DNA of 64,000 nt from Okamejei kenojei. Taxonomy: Eukaryota. The stretch's first letter is position 1, and every line of letters begins with the position of its first letter. Shown here in pieces: positions 25,968 through 37,381 of this stretch. The notes under the pieces were generated by a model. That model searched no databases and was not told where the DNA came from. It saw nothing but the letters and a program-made list of their open reading frames with translations. The DNA lies in the NCBI GenBank assembly GCA_035221665.1, contig CM069132.1, positions 62,930,001 to 62,994,000 of the forward strand. Direction: 5' to 3'. A program made the translations under genes and the position numbers.

Positions 25968-27299
25968 CTGTTTCCCTTTAATATAACATCAAGGAATTCT
26001 GTTATTATTTTCCGTCTTTTTCATTACCTTTTATTACCCAGCAGAGCTGATGATTGCAGGCGAGGCAGCTATGTTCTGACACGGGGTCTTTTTCTGCTAA
26101 ACTTCACTGTCATGTAAAATTCTAACTGTTACAAAGAATGAGCGTTCCAATTCATTTTTGCCAGTCCTAATATGAAAACTGTCAGGGCCCAAATTAATGA
26201 GTTCCAAATTCCTTACATCACAGTAACTATTTAAGACTGGTCAATTAATTACATAAAAACCTTCTCGATTCATTGTGCATTTCCAGCCTAGACCCTACAT
26301 ATTCCATTACTTCATGACACAGTGTTTCAATGAGGCCTTTTGGCTTTTGTTATTGCACAAAAAGCATCACTTAAGGAAAGACCATCTGCTGCAGCAAATG
26401 GTAAATGTCAGTAAAGAATGTTGCCTTTTTCTATCATAACATACCTTAGATATTAACCTTTACAGCGCTTGAACAAATGAAATAGTGATAATTCTTTAGG
26501 TTAGAAAATGCTGGAGGTTCATTCTTCAAACATTATTGATTTAATGTCTGCACGACTCATCATCACAAATAAGCTGTTTCGTACTTTATATTGAAGCTAC
26601 AGAATTTTATCTTTGAAACGATTCCTCGACTTAAATCTGGACATTTCCTGTATCAGAGGAGTGTTTGTCTCATCAGAATTTGTTTTAATACTTTTGTCTC
26701 CATATTAAATATTCATGTCCAAAATGAAAATGCCTGCAGCCAGATCTGCTATATTACACTGTTTTATTTGTCTTTTCAATCTCTGATGATGGTGTTGAGT
26801 TGCATTGCTTGTCCAACGCCTTTTTGGATGAATTGGGATCTGACCTGAACAAACCAGCTAAAAGGAAAAGTGTCAACTAAAAGTGAGATCAACTACAAGA
26901 TTTAAACTGCATCAGTTTTACGTGACACATCAAATAGATTCATTAGCATGTTTAACTTATACACTGAGAGGTTAGAGTGCAAAGAGACAGCAGTGCTGTC
27001 TAATCATGCTTCTGCCTTGGTCCATTATATAGTTAGTCATTTTGGTCTGACAGTGACCATTGTGTACAGCAGCTGGTAGATGTGGTACAGTACTTGAGTG
27101 AATTGATATACTGACCTTGTGTTCTTTCCCTCATACTTGACAACTACACTTTGGGAAAATACAAAAGCTAAACCCAAGTTGTGTGAAGTTACCCTACAGG
27201 TAATTTCAGAATATAACACAATGTAAATAGTGCAGTTTTTCACCCCTGCCAGCTGAAGGAGTCTCTTGCCATTGGTGAAACAAAAGTGATTGAGTGACA

Positions 27300-30200
27300 G
27301 TGTAATAAGCCTATTAAACAGTGAGCTTGGGCCAGGTGTGTACCACTGCAACATCAATCTGCACCCAGCTCCCGGGCCAACGGGGCTGGCTGCCTGATGG
27401 ATCTCGATCTGCTTGGTATACCAGGTGAAACCGGATAATTTCCTTTGTGCCTCACAGAAACAAGGGACATTGTTTAAGTCGGGTTTATCTGAGGATACGG
27501 CAGTTTGTGGATTTCAATATGAATTAAACTAAACATACCAACCGTAAGATGAGTGAAGAGTGTTTAAATTTTGAAACATTTTTTTTAATGTGGCAAAGAG
27601 CTGCCACGGCCCTCAGAGGATCAATAAAGAGAAAAGTGCGCTGTGAACAGCTGGTTGTTTTCATTACAGTGTTTCATTAGGGAGGCTGTGCCTCAAAGCC
27701 AGTTTACATGCCTACATCAATTTCAATAGGCTCATTTTCAACTGATTTAATTGGCCAATTTAAATTAGTTTAAACACTCAAAATGCTGTAAATGTAAAGT
27801 TAAGGGCACAAATTCACACAGGCAGTTTTCCATTGCCGTGGTGAATATCCGCAAAGAGAGTTTCTGGCCCTTGTCGCTCTCTCTGACCCGGCTTCAGGTA
27901 GATAGATACATTTCCTTTGTGCTCGCTAACCTATTGGTCCCAAATTTACGAAGCACCGACGTCCAGAAGAGATAAGAAAGAAGACCTTGCATAATGTTAT
28001 TCTCGATGTTAGAGCTTAAATTAAATCAGCTCATGTCCCTCATCGGTAAAACCGATTTTCCTGTCTTGATTTACACAAAGCAAATATCCCAAGAAATCTT
28101 CATCTTGTAATATACGTAACCGTAATATGGACTTGATTCATATGATAGGAGCTATAAAAAATTGTAAAATCAATTATTAAAAACACGTATTAAGTGCTAA
28201 TGCAATAACAATAATTTAAGAAAATCAATAACTGCTACGGTCATAACTTCGGAAGTAAAAGCTGTCATTGATAGATTGCTTGAAAGGATAAAGAAAATAA
28301 AAATTGGGAGTTTATTTTGGAGATATCCTATTTTTCTTCGGCAATAAATTGTGTGACCGTTGGTGTAAACCTTCTTTATTCGGCACCAGTCAACGTGTGA
28401 TCAATTATGTTACTTTTCAGGAATTCAAGCGCAGTCCGCTGGCTCTGGGGAGGGTGAATCTCGCCCAGCCCCTCCAGTGGGACAAGGTGCTCCCACCTTC
28501 CAATCAGGTTATATCCTGCATAATTCGCCATCATGTTCTAATAGTGCTTACATCATAAAATAAGTAGGCAAATCTGCAACACTGTCTATGTATTTCCTGA
28601 AAGCGAAAACATTAGAACTGCACACAGTCTCAATTTGCCCCAATGAATCTATTGTCACTCCAATCTGCCACGTTCTTTTGCCAAGTTTTGTATTCAATTT
28701 TAAAGAAATCAAAATGTAGCAATGTTAAAATCTAATCGGGAGAAGGTTTTGACCTATTCCGCACTTTAAAATTAATGCACTATAAATGGATCTTTTTTTT
28801 TCACCTAATACGTACACACTGTAAATCCGCTGAGCAGGCGTTTTAAAAATGTCACATTCTGCGACCTAACGTGACGCCCAGAGGAAAGACGTGTTCGACG
28901 AATGGAGGCTCTAACATGCATTTGCCCACTGTTCGACAAAATAATCAATTGATCCACGAACATTAGATGGCTCATCTGCTTATCATAAATATATTACAGG
29001 GTTGAATCTATGCAAAAAATGTCGATATCTGATTTATTCTTCATAAAATCGCGTGGTTTCTAAACGTATTTATGTAAGGTGCACACACACACACACATAA
29101 TATATTACCTGTCTACTATATATGTCTATGTATACACACATAGGTATATAGGTCCTGAAATAGAAATGCGTGAAAAACAGTTTTGAACTAACCGAATATG
29201 CATGGTTTAATTTGCCTCCTGATAATCTGAGCTCTTATTACATGTATGGACCATAGCATCTGTTTATTTTTCTCTCTAATTTTAATATCGTGCGATCCCG
29301 TATTTTCAATTAAACCATTCTTTGACGTGCATCAGTGCTAATTCGATTGCCAATATCTGGTTTCAGGACAGTCATATGCAAACAAAAAATAAGGTCACGG
29401 AAGTTTATTTATTCGTGCATCATAAGAGATATCGATTAAGAAAACAATTACACTCGTTTGATAAAACGTGCAGGTCCGATATCATCCAAGACTATGATAA
29501 TGAAACCAGAATTTCCTCTTTAGCGTACGACAGCAACTGATTATACAGAGCTCGAGGAGATCTGCATTGGGAAGCACGGGCTGGTTACATTATAAAATGA
29601 ATGCATCTTTTGCAGCTGCTGGGGCACACATCTTGCTCAGCGCTGGGCCATTCTGATAACGTGTGATATAGACATTCGGTGCTTCTTGTTACTAACATTT
29701 CCACTCACAAATAGTTGGTGTCTGCAACACCTTTCAGCTGGGCGCGGAACGGTATTTTAAGTGGCGCGGAACGGTATTTTAAGTGGATGCTCCTTCCCAT
29801 GAACAATGCGCTTATATATAAACGGCGGGTGTTTGTAGGTAATGAACTACATTGAAGCTCCATTCCGATTTTTAAAATAATTTTATAACTCATGGAAGCA
29901 ACAGCACATGTAAATGAAACATGAAACCGTTTCCTCATTGAGCTAGGTACAAAATCGCAATCATTCAGGAAAATAAATCGCAATGTAACAAAACACGTTT
30001 ACATTAAGACGTGATGCTTAAAATATATGATGTGATTTTTAATCACTTCAATTTGCTTAAAAAATGTCAGATTATTTATTTAATACTGCTTTTCTCTGTT
30101 AACTGACCTAATTATTGGCTGTGTCTAGTTGCAGAGACGCTTTAACAAAGAAGGCTGATTTGTGGTTTCAAAGACAATTGAACAGGGAGCGTGTGTGTTT

Positions 30201-33200
30201 CCTTCTTTGAATTCACAGATCTGCCCAATTACAAGAGACAATAAAGAATACCAGATAATATAGAAAACGAGTGTTGCATGCTGCTTCATCTCGCAATCAA
30301 TTGATACAATTCTCAACATATAATAAAGGTCCAATAAAGATGAATATAAAGTGGTTCATCCTGTCTCTATAAAGAATAGGTTGATTATATCAACGCGGTG
30401 AATTATTCTCAGTTACTTTCTTTTCTGTTTGGTAAACCTCTTGGTTCTTGGTTTCTTGGTCCTCCAAAATATTCCAAATGGAATTTAAACTGGAGGTGGT
30501 GGAGGGAGGACGTAAGCCAGAAAGGATTTTCAACCCCATGATTGAGTCGAACAGCCACTAAGAAACAACGAAAGATATGCTGTAAAGCACAACATACAAC
30601 ATGTTTAATTTGTGCAACACTTCTGCAAACGTTAAATTTGTGTAAAGGTTAGAGCTAAAAATAACAAAAGATTTTAAATATAATCTCTAACTTCCTTTTT
30701 TGAAAATGAAATCGCTCGTGCTTTTGATTTTATCCCCAGCTAAATGTGCTGTTTCATTTTTGTTTCTTTGTTGGATGAATGTAGATAAATAGTCATGGTT
30801 CGGTTTTCCAGACACCCACGATAGGCATTAGTACATGCTGCCGAACTGCTTCAGATATTTGCACTGTTTCCTGGTTCACATTGGTGACAGTGAAGGTAGG
30901 TGGTTGGAAGTTACGGGAGAGGAGGGTTGTTGTGTCTCATGCCCCCTCCCTGCCCCAGCCGCCCGCGGGCTTGTTGTGTCTGGCTGCACCAATGCTGACT
31001 GCCGTCTCTGGCTGGCTCGCACGCCGTTGCCATGGGTTACCGCTACCTGCCACTAAAAAGAAACTGGCAGAGAAATACCACCAGCGTCGGCAAACAGCAT
31101 TTAGGGATTAAACTGCCAGAGAAAGCTTTGCAGCAATAATAACAACAACAACAATTACAACATTTTAAATAATGGTCGCTGTATGCAAGGAAAGCAGGAA
31201 GGTCCAACCCTTGGCTGACGTTGGGCCGGCTCTGACTGAGGTGAGAGTGAGATGGGATATTACACAAGGCAGGTACACCGCTTTGCCGCTTTATTTCGGG
31301 AATGTTTGTTGTTGTGCCATGAAACATTATTTACATTGCATTCTCATCAGAGGAATGGAATCGTAAATTGGCAGTTTGTTGGGCTTTTGAAAGGATGTTT
31401 CTGTTTGTCTTGATAGCATTCGTGCCAGTTCAAGTACAAGGTAGTCAAGGGTCACTTAGTTAGTATGGATCACTGCATGTTATGAATAAGTACACTTCAC
31501 TTGAGTTTGTTGTTTAACACCCTTTAGCTTATTTACAGCGCTGGATGTGCGTATAACAAACTTCATTCGAGTCTCCCTCGAATTGAGGTGCATTGGGTGT
31601 TGAGTTTCTGGCTTTTTTGACAACGGAAAGGATTTGCTATTCAAACGGTTATTTATAAGCGCCCGCTGATGGCACAGCCACGGGAGATGGGTCAAAACAT
31701 CTAATGGGGAGAAATATAATTGTAGGAGAATTTCGTTGTACAGCAAGTTTCTCTGAAAATAACATGTAACCCTTTGAAAAGTGCGATGATCAATTTCAAT
31801 TGAACCAATCGGATATTATCTTAATGTGTTCCGAATCTCATTCCCAATTTTGATGATCTGCAATTGTGAAGGCAGTTTAGGTACACGTGTGGTCCTTTAA
31901 AGTTTCGCGGTGTGTTCTTTAATGACTCGTGTGTCTAATCCAAACTGATGAAAATCGCGGTGGGTGAAAACCGCTATGCATAAAACACAGCAGTTCAAGT
32001 CTTTCCAATGCAATTAGACAAGGTCTATGTATTCAGTACTGAATTGGAAATTACGTTTGTAACTTTTACCCATTCTATCCTCTCGTTGAAACGTGCCGAA
32101 TGCCTGCAATAAATTTAGATCGACTTTAGAAAGTTTGTTAAACGAGTTGTCAGACTACGCATTTTGTGAGCTGTCAGTCATTTCTTTCCCTCTTATTCCA
32201 ATTTATTGGAATTCCTGAAGTAAACAGGAATAAAGTTAAAGTTAGGGTGTAAAAGCATGGCGAATGGAATATGTTGTAATATAGGTATTTCGTACTTCAA
32301 TTACGATTAAAGTTATGGACAACTAAAGGGGTGAACTCTAGGCACTGCTTCAAGGCGATCCCCAGACAGGAACAACTGCCTCCATAGACAATACAATACC
32401 CCAGTTCAGATCTGCATTAAACTAGAGAACATATACCGAAATCTTTAGATAATCAATACGTATGTCATCAAAACAGCACCTGCAGTTCCTCGTTTCTGCC
32501 CAAACCAAATGAATCCTATAACATTACACACAATAGCCCAAGGATATGTTTGTTTACTAAATAGATTTTGGAATAACGAATTATGTGGGAAATGATAATT
32601 GATTATGTGGTAAATTTGAAGCTACATTTTCATGAATTCTCGATGCAAAATCGGAAAATTTCAAAACAACTGGTTCATTGACCTTAGTTCAAACTCTTGA
32701 TTTTTTTTAATGAGCTACTGCCGTCCTAACTATCAAAGCTGTGACCACTTTTTTGCATGGCTCGCTGGTTTAATTCTGAGACCGTCTATATTAATCACGT
32801 AACCAAAGTCAGAACAGATACAATTGGAGCAGAGTTGGTACAAATCCATGAAGAGGATCATTATCACTGGGCACTTTGGGTTTATGCGGTTCCTTAAAAA
32901 AGTATTCCCATTACCCTTTCCAAGGAAAACAAAACAGGTAAATGTCAAAAATCAGATATACCGGGTCTTAATTGATACGCTTCCAACAATTCAGCGCATT
33001 CTACAATGGCCTTATTTTTTGCACTGTCCAGAGACGTTATCTCTGGGTTTATCGCTGATTTCCAATCCTGTTTTCGGCTTGCTTTGTCTGTAACAAAAAT
33101 GTTAACACTTACAAAGACCACGTTTTGAAATCAAACAAACGAATACGTAATTTCAAATTGTGACTTGCCAAATAACCTAATACCGTGTTAATGTTCTTGG
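27300..33200. promoter_or_regulatory. CpG-retaining (probably unmethylated), repeat-poor regulatory domain
   Basis: CpG dinucleotides visibly much more frequent than in the flanks despite AT-rich composition; no sizeable TE from ~25.8 to ~33.4 kb; no credible coding ORF. Confidence 0.6.
30930..31260. promoter_or_regulatory. Promoter-like core: GC-rich tract, CCAAT, RFX X-box-like site, splice donor
   Basis: gccccctccctgccccagccgcccgcgggc; CCAAT ~30989; GTTGCCATGGGTTAC ~31026-31040; GAG|GTGAGA at 31240/31241. Confidence 0.45.
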
Positions 33201-33489
33201 TGAAAGTAAAATATTATGATCACCATGAATCCTAACTTATCATTTTCAACACACCTTGCCTTCTCTTGTTGATTTAGGATAATAAAACAATTACCATTAT
33301 GAATAGATAAGATCTAGATTCTTAATTATTTGCCTAATTGAGTGACAAACATTTTTCATTATAGAGCTCAAATGAAACTAGGTAATTTGGAGATTATGTT
33401 GCACGTACCACTATATGTATTTATATATCTTATATATTTAGTGCAGGTTTTCACCAATAAAGAAATACATACAATTGAGTAGATGGTGC

Positions 33490-33960
33490 CATTATTCAGT
33501 GACATCATGGCTTATCCATTTTGCCCATGATCCTAACATAACTTCCTTTGATCCCAATAGAAGTCGGCTATGAACACATTTAATTCTTTAGGATCAACTT
33601 CCCTTGGGGACGGAAGATTTCCAAGATTCACAACCTAGTATGTAAAAATCGTTTCTCCCCACTCAGAGCCAAATAGTTGACTCCTTACCTGGTTGTAATC
33701 CAATTTAAAATACTTGTTGATTTTTAATGCAGAGTTTATATTTACCAGACAGACTAAAATCAGGCTTTTAGATTCAATCATAACATCTTTCATTGTCTCA
33801 ACTCCAGAGAGCATAGATCCATCTTACTCAAAGGTCAACACACTTATCCAAAGAATCCATCTGGTGAAAACTCACAGCACTGACTCCATATGCATCCCTG
33901 GATAAGGCAACCAAAAATGCATGCAGCAATCCAGATGTTGTTTCACCAAATGCCGAGTGG
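33490..33960 (-). mobile_element. Old CR1 LINE 3' part
   Basis: Degenerate aaggcaaccaaaaatgcatgcagcaatccagatgttgtttcacc, equivalent to the CR1 RPHLEY..QFW region on minus. Confidence 0.65.
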
Positions 33961-34648
33961 CTTATTTGAAAAGCAGCTAATAAATGACCAGTGACAAGAA
34001 TGAGACCAAAAACAAGATTTAGGAAAAAGCAAAAACAATTCTCAGTTGGATTTGCATTGGTAGTGGTTACCCAAAAGGCTTTGAACATTTAATAATAAAG
34101 TACAAAAGTAAAAATGTGTAAATAAATAATTGCTACAGGTAGGTAAAGTAATCTATTGGCAATGGATAACTATTACTGAATCAAAGTACTGAATCAATCA
34201 GAACGCATGCTTACAAATTATGCTGGGCCTATAGAAGGTAAAAAGTGTTTGAAACAGTGCTTCAGTTTCTTATTTTAAATTGTTCCATTTACAACAGGGT
34301 TGCAATAGGAGAGATCGTAGACTGATTACAAATGGAAAGCGATCAAGCCAAAATATTAGGGAAGAGATTGTTTCTAAGTTTTGCAAAATCAGTAAACCAA
34401 ACTAAAATTGTTCTGGTTGTCTAATTCAAGGCATCTGCTACATTATTTTGCAAATACAAAAATATTAGCAAAGCTTTTGATCTGTGTTTGACAATTCCTG
34501 TGATACCCCTTGAGACATTTTCAAGATGGTATATAAATGGAGCAAAAATACAAATTGATGGAGGAACTCAGCAGAGCAGGTAGCATATGTGAAGGCAGAA
34601 GGATGGTCGACGTTTCACGTAGATAGACACAAAAGAGTGAGCAATATT

Positions 34649-34673
34649 TTATGACTTCACATTGTTGTCACGT
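34649..34673 (-). CDS. Candidate alternative terminal mini-exon of SNX10 (RDNNVKS*)
   Basis: Near-copy of the end of the terminal exon (gacaacaatgtgaagtcataa vs gacaacaacgtgaagtcgtaa), preceded by ttttcaatatgcag, which puts it in frame at phase 2. Confidence 0.35.
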
Positions 34674-34899
34674 CTGCATATTGAAAATGCAAATACGGCC
34701 TGAAAGAAAAATAATCTTAATGTGATGAGCTCTGAAGGACCAGATGTCCATTTCTAAGCCTGCATTTTATAAAATAGCAAATCTCTCCATCCAAGTATCT
34801 ATAATAAAGAACAATAAAACTAAAAACTTCCCAAATCTCAAAAATAACATTTCAGTTTCAACCATGACTGCAAAAAAAGCAAATCAATGACATTACATC

Positions 34900-37326
34900 T
34901 TTTGTTCACTTCAATTTTTATTTGCATATAACAACATAAAAAAAAGTACTACCAATTCCAAGTGATCTTACATTAACCAAGAGGGAAAAATATGAATTCT
35001 GCTTCCAGTTCAAAGGGAAGATCGCTCCTGCAAACAAAAACATGTAATGACTTATGGTCAAGTTGACAAACTGCACAGGCACATTTAGATTTCATTCTGA
35101 AGCCCACTAAGCTGTCAAACTATGCCAGAGTCCTTTAATTGGTCTAGACAATCAAGTAAGTCTTTCAAAACCACCTAATACCATATGGTCAAGAAGAACA
35201 GGCTTCTGTTGACAAACTAAGTGCTAATGGTCTACTGCAGTGCTTATAGAGTAAGAGAGGATCTGTGTACATAACTCACAAGAAGCTGTAGATTTGTTTT
35301 TTTTTCCTGCTATTAAACATGTACATTTGAGAACAATCTAAAACTTTGCACGGCATTCCTACATTTTAACCTCAAGATATGAAATAATTCCTGCTGTTTA
35401 TCAGAACAAAGGTTCACTTTACACAAACAATCTCAAATTATCATTGCAATACCTTGCTCTATTTGTAACTCATAGTACATCACCAATAATACACATTTGA
35501 TTAATTTATTATAAGATAATTGCACAATTCCATGAACATTGACATTGAAATATAAAATATAAAACATTTATATAAATGAAGTGTAGCATCCCATCAGACA
35601 TCTCATAAAGTTCCAGTGTCTTTCATTCTCCCATTTTCTGCAAAACTGTCCTTGACTGCAGAGTTTATTTTCACATTCACAATGGCAACACCAGATGACC
35701 ACTGTGACCAGCAGGCTAAATAATAATTCACAACTCCATATTCAAAAAAACTCAGACAGGTGCAGATTTCCAATATCAGGAGACAAATTTTAATAAAATG
35801 TTATCTTTAGTAACATGAGAAAGTCAATTTTTTGTTTATTAAAGGTAAAAATAGAAGATGCAGTACATAGAAAGTTAGGATACATCTGCAGAGGGCCAAT
35901 AGTTATATTGCTTCATAAATTCCTAGGTAACTTTAAAATCTGAAATCCAAAGATGGAAAAAAAAGTGAAATATATCAGAACAAATAGCTTTCGGCAGAAC
36001 ACTGAAATTACAATCAAAATCCATCCTTAAAAGAGGAAATTACAGTTTATTTTCTTTTAAAAAGCTCATTTACAATAAACATTCGATGAACATTCTCCCT
36101 CCAATAAAGATAACTCCCTGCTGTGTCAAGGTTCCGTAAGTAGTGCTCATTTGTTAACTCAACCAAGTGGCCATTTTCATGTAACGCATGGAACCAGGTT
36201 TTCTTTTGCTGCCTTTTGTCTAGAAGTGTAGCCGAACGATGTCAACACCTACACTTCAAGCAAGGATTTTTAGCAAGCAAGTAGGCCAATATTCCTTTGC
36301 CTAGAGAAGCATCTTACTATTCAGGAAAATAATGGAATTGCTATTTGACCCAAGGGTGTATTTAACAATTTGAAGACTAATAACACATTTTACAAGGAAC
36401 AAGCTAATACATTCTGAAAAAAATACCCAATTACCAAATTGGGCAATTCCAAACTAAATTCCTCCTCACACATAAAATAACACTGCTCTGATAAGTAAAT
36501 CAAATGTTAAATTTTACACAGCGTCAAGTAAAATACCACCTGAATCTACAGGATAAAACTCAACAGAAAGTTCTATAAACCAATCCTGCCATAATTAATG
36601 CAGGATCACTGAATGATTTAAATTGAATGAATAAGTTAAGGCAAAGAGTTATCCGTTTATTTTACCTCACAATGAATGTTGCTGTCTCAATCAAATGTAG
36701 CTAAATTCATAGACTTTTTAAAAAATGCTTGCTTAGCAAATAAGTTATTAAATCAAGGCAATGGATGATAAATTTCCATAAATTAATCCAGAAGCAATTT
36801 ATGAATGGCTGATTTACATATTCAATGTGCAAGAATAACATTTTCTTCCAACAGCTCTTGTATTAAAAACAAACCATGATAACTTTGGGATTGCCATTTG
36901 TAGCACACAATATGCAAACTCACAACCAACATTTAGGTGCAATAAAATTTTGTGTTCAGTTCATAAAAAAGGATTCATCAAATGCATTTTACATTTTCAG
37001 TTACGTTTAAATTTCTTTCAATTAATTGCAGTCGTTTATTTTGGTGCTTTCTACAAATGAACGTCTTACAAAAAGGCCCAAATTTCTTCAGGCTTTTTCT
37101 CTCTTTTCATTCCAGAAGTTGCAATTAAAAATAAAACAGCTCAGAGTCAGACTTTCCCATCTACAAAAAAAAACACTGCATCAAGCTCCGAGCTTCCATG
37201 AATTTATTTTGCAAATGAGGTCTATATGGATGATTTAGATTTGGAGAACAGTCTAGACTGCAGATTTGGAACACATGCCCAAAACAGAAAATGAGCCACA
37301 AAACAGATCCTTGCAATTTTCATCTT
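34900..37326 (-). other. SNX10: Probable SNX10 3'UTR
   Basis: AT-rich, free of recognisable repeats, follows the stop codon; several minus-strand AATAAA (e.g. ~37035, ~35505, ~34917). True end unknown. Confidence 0.5.
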
Positions 37327-37381
37327 TTACGACTTCACGTTGTTGTCACTGCTGCTATTTCCAAGCCCTGAGGATGAAGTG
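37327..37381 (-). CDS. SNX10: SNX10 terminal coding exon ([17 protein letters not shown])
   Basis: ttattttattttcatcag|C, phase 2; SSSGLG matches the mammalian last exon; TAA at 37327-37329. Confidence 0.88.

Noticed and set aside
30835-31366. Small ORFs in the promoter-like core
   Set aside because: Overlapping ORFs in several frames with no homology signal; expected in GC-richer sequence.
31427-31455. Retinoic-acid response element
   Set aside because: Half-sites AGTTCA and GGGTCA are not at DR2/DR5 spacing; only a weak DR1.
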